A stretch of DNA of 64,000 bases from Pseudomonadota bacterium. GTDB taxonomy: Bacteria; Pseudomonadota; Gammaproteobacteria; Burkholderiales; JAKAFK01. Below the pieces are notes generated by a model that saw only the letters and a program-made list of their open reading frames with translations, did not search any database and had not been told where the DNA came from. Of this stretch, positions 18,464 to 29,404 are shown piece by piece. The stretch lies in NCBI GenBank assembly GCA_021788645.1, contig JAJYKK010000001.1, positions 71,743-135,742 of the forward strand. Direction: 5' to 3'. The stretch's first letter is position 1. The number at the start of each line of letters is the position of its first letter. The position numbers and the translations under genes were made by a program.

Positions 18464-19336
18464 ATGAGTTGGTTTCAAAAACTGCTGCCGCCCAAGATCA
18501 AGCGCAAGGCCAGCGATAGCGGGTCCAAGAAGGCGGTGCCGGAAGGGTTGTGGAGCAAATGCCCGGCCTGCGAGGCGGTGCTCTATCGGGCCGATCTCGA
18601 AAAGAACATGGAGGTGTGTCCCAAGTGCGGCTTCCATACTCGGATCTCCGCGCGCGCACGGCTTGACATGCTGCTCGACCCTCAGGGCCGTTTCGAGATC
18701 GGCGCCGAGGTGATTCCGGTGGACGTGTTGAAGTTCAAGGATACCAAGCGCTATGCCGATCGTCTGGCGGAGGCGCAACGAGACACGGAAGAAAGCGATG
18801 CGCTCCTGGTCATGCAGGGCTCAATCGAGAATGTTCCGCTGGTCGCCGCCGCCTTCGAATTCAAGTTCATGGGCGGGTCCATGGGGGCCGTCGTGGGCGA
18901 GCGCTTCGTGCGCGGCGCGCAGGCCTGCCTGGAGCAGCGACTCCCTTACGTCTGTTTCTCTGCGAGCGGCGGAGCGCGCATGCAGGAAGGGCTGTTTTCC
19001 CTGATGCAGATGGCGAAGACGAGCGCCGCCCTTACGCAGCTGAGCGCGGCCGGATTGCCGTTCATCTCGGTATTGACCGATCCCACCATGGGGGGGGTGT
19101 CCGCGAGCTTCGCCATGCTGGGGGACGTCATCATCGCCGAGCCGGGCGCCCTGATCGGCTTCGCCGGTCCGCGGGTCATCGAGCAGACGGTGCGCGAGAC
19201 CTTGCCGGAAGGCTTCCAGCGCGCCGAATTCCTGCTCGAAAAAGGGGCGATCGACATGATCGTGGATCGGCGCTCGATGCGTTTCCAGTTGACGAGCCTT
19301 CTCAGCCTGCTGATGCGGGAGCCTACCCCGGCTTGA
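18464..19336 (+). CDS. accD: Acetyl-CoA carboxylase carboxyltransferase beta subunit
   Basis: [12 protein letters not shown]...[26 protein letters not shown] zinc ribbon and a CT domain. Confidence 0.95.
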   Translation: MSWFQKLLPPKIKRKASDSGSKKAVPEGLWSKCPACEAVLYRADLEKNMEVCPKCGFHTRISARARLDMLLDPQGRFEIGAEVIPVDVLKFKDTKRYADRLAEAQRDTEESDALLVMQGSIENVPLVAAAFEFKFMGGSMGAVVGERFVRGAQACLEQRLPYVCFSASGGARMQEGLFSLMQMAKTSAALTQLSAAGLPFISVLTDPTMGGVSASFAMLGDVIIAEPGALIGFAGPRVIEQTVRETLPEGFQRAEFLLEKGAIDMIVDRRSMRFQLTSLLSLLMREPTPA

Positions 19337-19391
19337 GCCGGTGGCGGGTGCCCGACCCACGCTTGCGCCGAACGGGGGCCGCATTTCGAAG

Positions 19392-20681
19392 ATGGCCGAT
19401 CCTCATCCCCCCAGATCGGGTCGCTTGTCCGAGTGGCTCGATCATCTTTCCAACCTTCACCCGCAAACGATCGCGCTCGGCCTGGAGCGCGTTCAGGCGG
19501 TCTTGCGACACCTTGCGACGCCTCTCGAGGCGGTGGTCCTGACCGTCGGCGGGACGAACGGCAAGGGATCGACCTGCGCCATGCTCGAATCGACTCTGCG
19601 GGCCGCCGGCCTGCGCGTCGGGCTCTATACCTCGCCTCATCTGCTGACCTACAATGAGCGGGTGCGCGTGGACGCTCAACCCGCGTCGGATGCCGAGCTT
19701 TGCGAGGCGTTCGTCGCAGTCGAGGCCGCGCGGCGCGGCATTGCGCTCACCTATTTCGAGTTCGGCACGCTGGCCGCCGTGTGGCACTTCGCCCGCCACC
19801 GCGTGGACGTGGCGATTCTCGAGGTCGGCCTGGGCGGGCGTCTCGACGCGGTGAACGCCTTCGATGCCGATTGCGCCATCGTGACCAGCGTGGATCTCGA
19901 CCATACGGACTATTTGGGGAGCACCCGGGAGGCGATCGCCCGCGAGAAGGCCGGGATCTTTCGTGCAGGCAAGCCTGCCATCTGCGGCGAGCGCGACTTG
20001 CCGGAAATCGCACGCGATTATGCGCGTTCGCTGGGCACGCCGCTCCATCAGCTCGGGCGCGATTTCGATGTGGCGGCCACGGCGACCTCCTGGTCGTACT
20101 GGAGCCCCTGGGGGCACCGAAGCGATCTGCCCTTGCCCGCTCTGCCGGGCGCATGCCAACTCGGGAATGCGGCTTGTTGCCTGGCGGCACTCGACAGTCT
20201 GCGTTCCCGCCTGCCGGTGACCGAGGAGGCGATCCGGACAGGCCTCGCGCGAGCCTCTCTGCCGGGGCGCTTCCAGGTGCTTGGCGGGCGCCCGCAGACC
20301 ATTCTGGATGTTGCGCACAATCCGCATGCTGCCCGCGCCTTGGCGGCCAACCTGGCCGCTCGCCCATTTGCCGGAAGGACGATCGCCGTCTTCGCCATGT
20401 TGGCCGACAAGGACATCGAAGAGGTTGCGGGGACCCTATCGCCCCTCGTCGACCGCTGGATGGCCGCCGGGCTCGGTGAGCCAAGAGGCGCCAGCGCGGA
20501 AGAACTGCGGCGTCGCTTGAGCGGACTCCCCGCAGATGCTGTTTCCGTCTATCCCGGCGTTGAGCTCGCCTACCGCCGCGCACTCGCGCTGGCCGGCGAA
20601 AATGATAGAATACTTGTTTTTGGGTCGTTCCATACCGTGGCAGCGGTGCTGCGGCTGTGGGTCGACGAGCGATCCGAATAG
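19392..20681 (+). CDS. folC: Bifunctional folylpolyglutamate synthase/dihydrofolate synthase
   Basis: LSEWLDHLSNLHPQTIALGLERV...VGGTNGKGST P-loop; follows accD. Confidence 0.9.
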   Translation: MADPHPPRSGRLSEWLDHLSNLHPQTIALGLERVQAVLRHLATPLEAVVLTVGGTNGKGSTCAMLESTLRAAGLRVGLYTSPHLLTYNERVRVDAQPASDAELCEAFVAVEAARRGIALTYFEFGTLAAVWHFARHRVDVAILEVGLGGRLDAVNAFDADCAIVTSVDLDHTDYLGSTREAIAREKAGIFRAGKPAICGERDLPEIARDYARSLGTPLHQLGRDFDVAATATSWSYWSPWGHRSDLPLPALPGACQLGNAACCLAALDSLRSRLPVTEEAIRTGLARASLPGRFQVLGGRPQTILDVAHNPHAARALAANLAARPFAGRTIAVFAMLADKDIEEVAGTLSPLVDRWMAAGLGEPRGASAEELRRRLSGLPADAVSVYPGVELAYRRALALAGENDRILVFGSFHTVAAVLRLWVDERSE

Positions 20682-20700
20682 CCGCGCGGAATCAGCCACC

Positions 20701-21390
20701 ATGTCACGATCCATCGAACTTGAGGAGATCGCCTTTCGCCGACGCGCGCGCCGGCGGCTCATCGGCGCGGCCGCGCTGGCGGTTGTGGCCGTGGTGTTTC
20801 TCCCGATGGTGCTGGACCGGGAGCCGCCCGCGGTACGCTCGCCCATCGTCATCAAGATGCCTTCGCAGGCGGGACAAACCGCCGAACCGGCCGTCGCCCC
20901 TTTAGGCCCGCAGCCTCCGAATGCGCCTCGCCAGGCATTGGTCGCGCCTGCGGTGGACGGGCCCAAGCCAGGCGAGCATGCGCGGCCGGTGGCGCCGCCC
21001 GCCGTGGCGCTGAGCGCGGCGCGGCCGCGCACCCCTGATCGGGCGTCTCGCGATGACCCTGCGGCGGCACCGGCCGGCAGGCATGCGGCAACACCGGTTC
21101 GGGGTGCCCATCGGACGACATCCTCCGCTCGCGAAAGACCGCCCGTCGCCGCGCAGCCCGGCCGATTTGCCGTCCAGGTGGGCGTGTTCGCGGATGCGCG
21201 GCACGTGAAGCGGCTGCGAAACAGCCTGTCGTCGCACGGCATCCGTTCGTATGTCGAGGAGATGAGAACGGCGCACGGGGCGGCCACGCGCGTGCGCACA
21301 GGACCTTATGAGACGCGCGCCGAGGCGCGGCGTGCGGCGCAGACGGTGAAGGCCGCCGGCTTCAATGCCGTGGTGGAGACGCTCCCGTAG
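20701..21390 (+). CDS. SPOR-domain cell-division protein (DedD-like)
   Basis: N-terminal TM span (LIGAAALAVVAVVFLPMVL), a Pro/Ala-rich linker and a C-terminal SPOR domain FAVQVGVFADARHVKRL...RVRTGPYETRAEA. Occupies the conserved folC-dedD-cvpA-purF position. Confidence 0.8.
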   Translation: MSRSIELEEIAFRRRARRRLIGAAALAVVAVVFLPMVLDREPPAVRSPIVIKMPSQAGQTAEPAVAPLGPQPPNAPRQALVAPAVDGPKPGEHARPVAPPAVALSAARPRTPDRASRDDPAAAPAGRHAATPVRGAHRTTSSARERPPVAAQPGRFAVQVGVFADARHVKRLRNSLSSHGIRSYVEEMRTAHGAATRVRTGPYETRAEARRAAQTVKAAGFNAVVETLP

Positions 21391-21419
21391 CGCAAGCCCG
21401 TCTTTCTTCCGGGGGGGGC

Positions 21420-21977
21420 ATGACGTTCTTCGATTATGCGGTGCTGGTTGTGGTGGGCGTGTCGGTGCTCCTGGCCGTCGTCCGCGGAGCCGTTCGCGAA
21501 GTGCTGGCGCTCGGCGGCTGGGTGGCCGCGTTCTTTCTGGCAAACGCCTATGCTGGGACAGTGCAAGGCTGGCTCCCGGCCTCGATCGCCAATCCCGCGA
21601 TTCGCTATCTTGGGGCCTACCTGGCGATTTTCCTGGCGGTCCTGGTGGGGATGTCGTTGGTGTCCTTCACGGCGTCGAAACTGGTCAGGACGGTGGGACT
21701 GGGATGGCTTGACCGTTCGGTGGGGGCGCTGTTCGGGCTGGTGCGGGGCGGCGCGCTCGTGCTGCTGGGGGTCCTGGGCCTCGGCATGACGCAAGCGCCG
21801 CAGCAGCCCTTCTGGCGGCATTCGGCATTGGGTGCGCCGCTGGTGGCGATGGCAAGCCAGCTGAAACCTTGGCTGCCCGTGGAACTCGCGCGGCGCATCC
21901 ATTTCGAGCAAGGCCGCAGCGGTGCCGGCTCCCACGCGGGGCCTTTCCGCGGCGAGGCCGGTGTGCATGGCCGGTAG
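21420..21977 (+). CDS. cvpA: Colicin V production membrane protein CvpA
   Basis: MTFFDYAVLVVVGVSVLLAVVRGAVREVLAL...; four TM spans; upstream of purF. Confidence 0.85.
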   Translation: MTFFDYAVLVVVGVSVLLAVVRGAVREVLALGGWVAAFFLANAYAGTVQGWLPASIANPAIRYLGAYLAIFLAVLVGMSLVSFTASKLVRTVGLGWLDRSVGALFGLVRGGALVLLGVLGLGMTQAPQQPFWRHSALGAPLVAMASQLKPWLPVELARRIHFEQGRSGAGSHAGPFRGEAGVHGR

Positions 21978-22094
21978 AAGGAGGCTTCATCCGGCGCGCG
22001 ATCGTCGCCGTCGGTTCGGGCCGTCGAACGCGCGCCTATGCGCCGTTGGCGGTTGCGCAACGGATTTCGGCATATTTTTTGGGCAGGTGAGACC

Positions 22095-23612
22095 ATGTGC
22101 GGCATATTGGGCGCAGTAGCCAAGGGACCGGTCAACCAGCTGCTGTACGACGGCTTGCAGGTTCTGCAGCATCGGGGGCAGGATGCGGCGGGGATCGTCA
22201 CGGTTGAAGGCGCTACATTCCACATGCACAAGGGCAATGGCCTTGTGCGGGACGTGTTTCGCACCCGCGACATGCGCAACCTCCTGGGCAACATGGGCAT
22301 CGCGCATGTCCGCTATCCCACGGCGGGCAACGCATTTTCCTCGGCCGAGGCGCAACCGTTCTACGTCAATTCTCCCTTCGGCATCGTGCTGGCCCACAAC
22401 GGCAACCTGACCAACGTCGACCAGCTCAAGGTGGAGCTTTTCCAGGAAGATTTGCGGCACGTCAACACGAATTCCGATTCGGAGGTGCTCCTCAACGTGC
22501 TGGCGCACGAATTGCAGGCCGCGGCCTCCAATCACAAGCTGGATGCGGCCGCAATTTTCGCCGCGGTGGCAGGGGTGCACCGGCGCTGCCGCGGCGCCTA
22601 TGCCGTGGTGGCGATGATTGCGGGCTATGGCCTGCTCGCGTTCCGGGATCCCTATGGGATACGCCCCTTGGTCATCGGGCGCGCGCACACGCCGCGCGGA
22701 GACGAATACTTGGTTGCCTCCGAAAGCGTGGCCTTGGATACCCTGGGTTTCGAACGCGTGCGGGACGTGGCGCCGGGTGAGGCGGTTCTCGTGGATGAGC
22801 GCGGCGGATTCTCGGCGGCGCCTTGCGCGACGCACGCCAGCGCGAATCCCTGCATCTTCGAGTATGTTTACCTGGCGCGCCCGGACTCGGTGATCGACGG
22901 CATATCGGTGTACGAGACGCGCCTGTTCATGGGGGAGAGCCTGGCGGACAAGATTGCCCGGATCATCTCGCCGTTGGACATCGACGTCGTGATACCCATC
23001 CCCGACACGAGTCGCCCCTCCGCGCTCCAGCTGGCCAACAAGCTCGGGCTGTCCTATCGCGAGGGCTTCATCAAGAACCGCTACATTGGACGGACTTTCA
23101 TCATGCCCGGCCAGGCCATGCGCAGGAAATCGGTGCGCCAGAAACTCAACGCCATCGGCATGGAGTTCAAAGGGCGCAACGTCTTGCTGGTGGACGACTC
23201 CATCGTGCGCGGGACCACCAGCCAGCAGATCGTGCAAATGGCCCGCGAGGCAGGGGCGCGCAAGGTCTATTTCGCCTCGGCGGCGCCGCCTGTGCGTTTC
23301 CCCAATGTTTATGGCATCGACATGCCCACGCGGCAGGAGCTTCTGGCCACCGGTCGCACGGACGATGAGATCGCCGCCGAGATCGGCGCGGACCGCGTGA
23401 TCTATCAGGATCTCTCGGCGTTGATTGCCGCCGTTCGCAGGGTCAATCCTGCCCTCACGTCCTTCGAGACCTCATGCTTCGACGGCCACTATATCACCGG
23501 TGACATCACGCCCGAATATCTGGCAAGGGTGGAAGCGCGGCGTTCGGATGCGGCGGCGTCAACGTCGGCCGCCACGCGCCAGCTGGATCTGAGTCTTACT
23601 TCGGCGGGCTAG
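22095..23612 (+). CDS. purF: Amidophosphoribosyltransferase
   Basis: MCGILGAV N-terminal nucleophile Cys and the PRPP motif [13 protein letters not shown]. Confidence 0.95.
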   Translation: MCGILGAVAKGPVNQLLYDGLQVLQHRGQDAAGIVTVEGATFHMHKGNGLVRDVFRTRDMRNLLGNMGIAHVRYPTAGNAFSSAEAQPFYVNSPFGIVLAHNGNLTNVDQLKVELFQEDLRHVNTNSDSEVLLNVLAHELQAAASNHKLDAAAIFAAVAGVHRRCRGAYAVVAMIAGYGLLAFRDPYGIRPLVIGRAHTPRGDEYLVASESVALDTLGFERVRDVAPGEAVLVDERGGFSAAPCATHASANPCIFEYVYLARPDSVIDGISVYETRLFMGESLADKIARIISPLDIDVVIPIPDTSRPSALQLANKLGLSYREGFIKNRYIGRTFIMPGQAMRRKSVRQKLNAIGMEFKGRNVLLVDDSIVRGTTSQQIVQMAREAGARKVYFASAAPPVRFPNVYGIDMPTRQELLATGRTDDEIAAEIGADRVIYQDLSALIAAVRRVNPALTSFETSCFDGHYITGDITPEYLARVEARRSDAAASTSAATRQLDLSLTSAG

Positions 23613-26600
23613 ACGCGCCTTGCCGGAACGAGGACGGCATAGGGCAGGTGGTGGAACACCGCTTTCGCCTCGAGGATGCGCGTTTGGCCTTGCACGCGCG
23701 GGGCATGGACCTCGCCGGTGAGGATATTGAGCCATCGGGGGGAGGTAAGGGGGGTGACGTCGAGCCACGTGTCGCCCCAGATCGATCCGAGGGGGAGCTG
23801 CGCGCCATTGCCGGCAAGCAGCGCGAACCAGCGCGGAGCGAGGCAAAGGGCGACCTCCTTCTCATGGGTGCGGGCATAGGCGCACAGATGTTGCTTGCGC
23901 GTTCCCCCCGTTTCCAGAGGAGAATAGGCGCCATCGCCGAACAACGAAGGATGCGCCTGGCGGAAATTCAAGAGCTTCCAGGTGATATAGAGCTTGATCC
24001 GACCATCTTCCATCTGCTCGAGCAGGCTCTGGGCGCGGACCGCGAGCTTGCCGCGCTGCGGCGTCATGAACCGCTTCACGTCCCGTAGCAGTGCGCGGCG
24101 CAAGCCATAGTCCACCGGCCGGCGATTGTCCGGGTCGACCAAACGAAACTCCCAGATCTCGTTGCCCTGGTACATGTCGGGGATGCCGGGCGAGGTGAGC
24201 TTCAAGAGCACCTGCGAGAGGCTCGAGAGCATGCCGAAGTGGGCGACCCGTCGCTGGAAGGGAACGAAGCTCGCGAGGAAGGCATTGGCCTGAGTGGTTC
24301 GGAGGACTTGCCGCACGAACGCCTGCAACGCATCCTCGTAGCGAGGGTTCCGGTGCACCCAGGAGGTGTGGGTCTTGGCTTCCCGAATCGCCTTCAGCAT
24401 ATACTGCTCCATCCGCTCCCGCACCTCCGCAAGCAGCTCCTCGTCGACCTCGGCGAGCGGCCAGATGCCCAGCAGGCTCTGATAAAAAAGGTACTCGTCA
24501 TGGCGGCTCAGGGGCACTCGGTCGCTCGCTTCTTCCTTGGCTGTTTGATTGATCTTCGCCCAGCGGGTCACGTGCATGCGCCATTCGGCCGGCAACTCGG
24601 ACAGCACGTTGATGCGGGCACGAACATCTTCCGAGCGCTTGCTGTCATGGGTCGAGGAGGCCAGCAGGGCGTGCGGCCACTGCTTGGCGCGTTCCTGGGA
24701 TGCGCGATGAAACGCGCTCATGGAGACCCCGAAACGGCGCAGGTCGCCGCCCACCTCGTTGAGGGAGACAAGCCTGTGGTAGCGGTAGAAGGCGGTGTCT
24801 TCCATCCCTTTGGCCATGACCGGCGACATGTACTGCTGCGCTTTCATGGCGAGGTCGATGACCATCTCGCGGTAGGCATCGGTCTTGCCTTCTGCCAGTT
24901 CCGTGAGCAATGCCTCGCGCACGAAGTCGAAGATGCTGGGGTCGGCCGCCTGGACGCGTCGCTTTGCGGCGTCCACGGCGAGGGACAGCTCGCGCCGATC
25001 GTCCGACGAGACGTTTTGGCTGTTGACATAGGTGCGATAGACGGGGAACGACGCGATCACCTCGGCCAGGGCACGCCGCAGCCCATTGGCGGTGAAGTCG
25101 CTGGTGTGGCGGTCTGCCATCGCGATGCGCGCCAAGCGGTTGGCGAGGACGTTGAGTTCGCCGGTCAGCGCGGAAGCCATGATCAGACGCTTCGAAGCAT
25201 AGGCGAGCGCCTCCAAGTCAATGGCGTCATTGGTGAAGCGCGCATAGGTGCGGGTCATCTTGCCTTGCGCCGCGGCGTTGACGAACAAGCCGGTGCAAAG
25301 ATTGCAGAAGTCGTAGCCGGTGGTGCCGTGGACCGGCCAGTCCTGCCGTAGCTGCTCATGGCTCGCGAGCACCTTCTCCACGACGACGTAGAGCCCCATT
25401 TCGGCCGGCGGTGTTCCCGCCTCGCCCGCGGTGGTGGGCAGGGTGCGCAAGGCCGTGACTTTCGCCTGCAGTCGCTGGAAATACTGCACAGGGTCATATA
25501 ACCCGTCCGGGTGGTCGATACGCAGGCCGTCGACCGCGCCTTCCCCAATGAGCTTGAATACCAGCCCATGCGTTGCGTCGAAGACCGCCTCGTTCTCCAT
25601 TCGCAGGCTGGCCAGGTCATTGATGTCGAAGAACCGTCGATAGTTGATCTCATCGGCCGCCACGCGCCAGTAGGTCAGGCGGTAAGGTTGAGATTGCAGC
25701 AAGGCATGGAGCTCGTCGAAGCTCGTGGGCATCCCCACATCGCCATTCACGGCATGGACGGACTCCTGGATGAGCCACGCGACGTCGGGCGACTCGGCAT
25801 GAATCTTGGCCAGGTGCTGTTTATGTATCTCCTTGTCGCGGTTGCGTTCCGCCATGCGTGCGGGGGAGGCCTCGAAGGTGCCGGGCAGATGCCCAAAGGC
25901 GGTGAGCAGCGTCTGCAGCGCGCGCAAATGGGGATCGTCTTGCCCCACGCGCGCCGCCAGTGTTTCAAGCCTGCGGCCGATGATCGATGGGTATTGGGCG
26001 GGGTCGATGGGAAAGCGGTGGGGGGGGTGGTGAACGCTGAACTCTCCCCGCAGGGCGTCGAATGCGAGCCTCAGGTCGCCGCGTTCGAGGACGTCGCCAT
26101 AGTGGTCGCCGAGAACCGGCAAAAGGAGCTTTCCCCGCAGTTCCTCCTTCGGGGAGGTCCAATCGATGTCGAAGAATTGCGCATAGGCGGAGGCCTGCCC
26201 ATTCTCCAGCACGTCGAGCCACCAGGTGTTGTCGTCGTTCATGACCCCCATGTGGTTCGGCACCATGTCGAGTATCAGCCCCATGCGGTGGCCGTGCAGC
26301 GCATCCACCAGGCGGGCGAAGTCGTCCGCCGAGCCGATCTCCGGGTTGAGGCTGTTGTGATCGATGATGTCATACCCGTGACTGCTCCCCGCACGCGCCT
26401 TGAGGAACGGCGAGGCATAGCAGTGGCTGATGCCCAGCTCGTGGAGATAGGGAACAAGGGCGGTGGCTTGGCTGAACGTAAAGGCGCGATTGAACTGCAG
26501 GCGATAGGTGGACGATGGAATGCGCGCCGCACGGGCCTGCATGCCCGCCCCCTGCGGCGACGGTGCGCCGCTTTGGATGCCGCTGCCGCGCTCTTGGCGC

Positions 26601-28783
26601 AATATTTCGGCGATGCCGGCAATGCGCGGGTCGTTGGGCCACTCTTCCAGGTTGAGCGAGAGCTTATGGCGCCAGTTAGGATAATTCCCCGATGTGCCCG
26701 GCACATTGACGGCCTCGATCTGGCCCAGCATGTCTTCTGGCCGAAACACCGTGAGTCGGCAGGGTGAACGGGCCAGGTAGGCGTGGGCGGCCAGCGCCAG
26801 TTCGGTGGTCATCGCGGGCACCGAATTGGGGTGCACGCTAAGGCCTTCGGGAAGCAGCTTCTCCCGCTGCAAGGCGAGCAGGAGATGGGCGCGCTCCTCG
26901 GCGCGAGCGGCCACCTGCCCGGCCCATAGCGTGTCCGACGGAAACAAATGGAGCTCATTTCGCAGGTCGATGTCGCGCCCGATCCAATAGCCCGGCAGTG
27001 TCGGCATGTCGTGTGTGCCGATGGCGCCGAGCGCATTCGCCGGATAGGCCGCCGGCGAAGCCAGACGGCCGTTCGCATCGCGCTCGAAGTACAGGATGCG
27101 GTAGGACAAGATGCCGCGGTTGGCCAACGTCCGCCGCATGTCTTCGGGAACCGTCCCCAGGTCCTCGCCGATGATCAGGCAGCGGTTGCGGTGGCTTTCC
27201 AGCGCGAGGATCGAGAGCAAATCGTCGGACGGGTAGGTTACGTAGGCGCCCTCCGTGGCGGGAGTGCCTCCCGGAATCCAGAAGAGGCGAAAAAGCCCCA
27301 TCACATGATCGATCCGCAAGGCCCCGGCGCCTTGCATATTCTTGCGCAGCAACGCGATGAAGGGGGCATAGGCGCTGTCCACCAGGGCCTGGGGATTCCA
27401 AGGGGGAAGTCCCCAGTCCTGACCAGCCAAATTGAAATCATCCGGGGGCGCGCCAATGGCGGTATCCAGGGCGAAATGCGCTGGATTGGCCCAAGTTTCC
27501 GCGCCTCCACGATCGACGCTTACGGCGAGATCGTTGCAGATGCCCAGCCCCAGCCCTAAGCGGCGCGCCCGCGCATGGACGCTTTGCAGCTGTAATGCTG
27601 CCTGCCACTGGACATACTGGTAGAACTCGACTTCGACCCGATGCGTCGAGACGAAATTCGCGACGCGCCTGGAGCCTGCATTCCTGTAAGGGCTGGGCCA
27701 ACGGGGCCACCCCCACACGGAGGCGTCCTTATGATGGAAGAACGCCTGCAGGGCTTCAAAGGCCGCGAAGACCCTCAGGCCTGCGCCTTCTTCTTCCTGG
27801 AACAGGCGGAAGGCCTTGCCGCGTTTGGTCAATGGGTCCAGATGGTGCGTGCGGAAATGCTCGAACAAGCGCTTCAGGAGATCCCGCTTCAACGCGCCCA
27901 CCTGGGCGTAGTCGACTTGGGAATCCGCCCGCAGCGCGCGGAGCCGTGCCTGGAACCGCGGCTCCTGCGTGAAGGCCGCGATGGACTCCGACTCGGCGAA
28001 ATCGGCGATTGCCTCGACGTCAAGGTACAGCAGGTTGACATAAAGCCGGCTGGAGGGTGCGTAAGGGCTCGCGTGCTCGGGATTGTGAGGGAACAGGGCG
28101 TGCAGGGGGGAAAGGCCCACGAGTCCCGCGCCCTGTTCGGCGGCGAATTCGAGGAGTGTCTTCAGGTCGCTGAAGTCACCGATGCCCCAATTGCGCTGAG
28201 AACGCAATGCATACAATTGGACGCTGGGGCCCCAGAGGCGTGCCTCCCCGGAGGCGGCGGCAGGCGCATAGCATGTGCGGGGCGCGACGATCAGCGTGGT
28301 CGTGCCCTTGATCCCTTGCCCCTGCGCACGCAGTGAGAAATGGTGATAGCCCAGCTTGGGCAGCGTGGGCAGCTCGAATTGGAAGCGCGTGAAAGCGCCA
28401 TCATTGCCGGCCGTCGGATCTTCGAGCGGCTCCAGGTCGACAGGCGTCAGGCTTCCGCTTTCCCGCTCCCCGTTCTCCAGGTCGAGTCGCCATGCGAAGC
28501 GAGCCCCGGTCAGCGCCGTGGGCACGGACAGCGGAATTCGGGCGGCGTCTTCCTCGCCCTGATGGACAAGGACCGGGGGCAGGAGGTCGCGCGACTCTCG
28601 CGCCTTGATGGCCTGCAGGGAGTGCTCGATGTCTGCCGGTGTGGCCGCCGCGATGCCCTGGGCGGCCAGCAACCCCCGTGCCGTCGCATCCGAGATGGGA
28701 TGGCGGCCACCCCAGATGTCGGTGTACTCAAGGGCGATGCCGGCGAGCCGACACAGAGACTCGAGCTGCGCGCGCGCGATCAT
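23609..28783 (-). CDS. Fusion of 4-alpha-glucanotransferase (MalQ) and malto-oligosyltrehalose synthase (TreY)
   Basis: 1724 aa. The N-terminal ~730 aa are MalQ-like (LEYTDIWGG..., [23 protein letters not shown]). After a short Gly/Ala/Ser linker comes TreY ([35 protein letters not shown]...[10 protein letters not shown]). Confidence 0.9.
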   Translation of the reverse strand: MIARAQLESLCRLAGIALEYTDIWGGRHPISDATARGLLAAQGIAAATPADIEHSLQAIKARESRDLLPPVLVHQGEEDAARIPLSVPTALTGARFAWRLDLENGERESGSLTPVDLEPLEDPTAGNDGAFTRFQFELPTLPKLGYHHFSLRAQGQGIKGTTTLIVAPRTCYAPAAASGEARLWGPSVQLYALRSQRNWGIGDFSDLKTLLEFAAEQGAGLVGLSPLHALFPHNPEHASPYAPSSRLYVNLLYLDVEAIADFAESESIAAFTQEPRFQARLRALRADSQVDYAQVGALKRDLLKRLFEHFRTHHLDPLTKRGKAFRLFQEEEGAGLRVFAAFEALQAFFHHKDASVWGWPRWPSPYRNAGSRRVANFVSTHRVEVEFYQYVQWQAALQLQSVHARARRLGLGLGICNDLAVSVDRGGAETWANPAHFALDTAIGAPPDDFNLAGQDWGLPPWNPQALVDSAYAPFIALLRKNMQGAGALRIDHVMGLFRLFWIPGGTPATEGAYVTYPSDDLLSILALESHRNRCLIIGEDLGTVPEDMRRTLANRGILSYRILYFERDANGRLASPAAYPANALGAIGTHDMPTLPGYWIGRDIDLRNELHLFPSDTLWAGQVAARAEERAHLLLALQREKLLPEGLSVHPNSVPAMTTELALAAHAYLARSPCRLTVFRPEDMLGQIEAVNVPGTSGNYPNWRHKLSLNLEEWPNDPRIAGIAEILRQERGSGIQSGAPSPQGAGMQARAARIPSSTYRLQFNRAFTFSQATALVPYLHELGISHCYASPFLKARAGSSHGYDIIDHNSLNPEIGSADDFARLVDALHGHRMGLILDMVPNHMGVMNDDNTWWLDVLENGQASAYAQFFDIDWTSPKEELRGKLLLPVLGDHYGDVLERGDLRLAFDALRGEFSVHHPPHRFPIDPAQYPSIIGRRLETLAARVGQDDPHLRALQTLLTAFGHLPGTFEASPARMAERNRDKEIHKQHLAKIHAESPDVAWLIQESVHAVNGDVGMPTSFDELHALLQSQPYRLTYWRVAADEINYRRFFDINDLASLRMENEAVFDATHGLVFKLIGEGAVDGLRIDHPDGLYDPVQYFQRLQAKVTALRTLPTTAGEAGTPPAEMGLYVVVEKVLASHEQLRQDWPVHGTTGYDFCNLCTGLFVNAAAQGKMTRTYARFTNDAIDLEALAYASKRLIMASALTGELNVLANRLARIAMADRHTSDFTANGLRRALAEVIASFPVYRTYVNSQNVSSDDRRELSLAVDAAKRRVQAADPSIFDFVREALLTELAEGKTDAYREMVIDLAMKAQQYMSPVMAKGMEDTAFYRYHRLVSLNEVGGDLRRFGVSMSAFHRASQERAKQWPHALLASSTHDSKRSEDVRARINVLSELPAEWRMHVTRWAKINQTAKEEASDRVPLSRHDEYLFYQSLLGIWPLAEVDEELLAEVRERMEQYMLKAIREAKTHTSWVHRNPRYEDALQAFVRQVLRTTQANAFLASFVPFQRRVAHFGMLSSLSQVLLKLTSPGIPDMYQGNEIWEFRLVDPDNRRPVDYGLRRALLRDVKRFMTPQRGKLAVRAQSLLEQMEDGRIKLYITWKLLNFRQAHPSLFGDGAYSPLETGGTRKQHLCAYARTHEKEVALCLAPRWFALLAGNGAQLPLGSIWGDTWLDVTPLTSPRWLNILTGEVHAPRVQGQTRILEAKAVFHHLPYAVLVPARRV

Positions 28784-29404
28784 CGTTCAGGGGCCTCGAT
28801 GCCGCGTGGCGGCGGATGAACAACGGCGTGTGTCGACAACCAAGCCGCATGGGCAGCGGACGGGTCACTACCCAGTGGGCTCCCGGAGGCGTTGCGGAAG
28901 GACACGCGTTGCCAGGAGCTGGACGGTCCAGTGGCGACACCCCGGTCCCTGAAGCGCGTCGTTTCGGTCCCATCAAGCTGGGAAACGAAAGGGCGCCGGA
29001 AAAGACGGCACCGACATGATTTGAGCGCCTTCATCGGTACGCGCGTGAAACCGCCTCATTGATGGGGAGGAGGCAGGGCGCCGACCGCAAGGCGGTCGAT
29101 GCCCTTGGCCGGTGCCTACTCACGCTCTCCTTTTTCGGGTTGGCCACTGAATGATGGTTGCCGGTCTTTTCCGGCTGCCGGCCGAGTACGCCGCACGCCT
29201 CTTGCGCCTATGTCGCTTCCTGCGCCACAGCCGTGTACGACGGCTGAACCCTTCGGCGCTTGAGCGTTCACCCGCATGATCCCAGTCTTGCCGTGTCCGG
29301 AACCGAGGCGGCATCCCGGCGTAGGTCTGCGCGACCGGTCGCGACCCCGCTTGGCGCTTTAGCCTGCGCACATCGGTACCGCTGTTTACCTCAATCGCCG
29401 CCGT

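Noticed and set aside
28780-29034. A minus-strand 84-aa ORF in the treZ-malQ spacer, considered as a possible GlgX/TreX C-terminal remnant.
   Set aside because: No recognisable GH13 or debranching-enzyme motif. It overlaps the malQ start region, and its composition is not protein-like.
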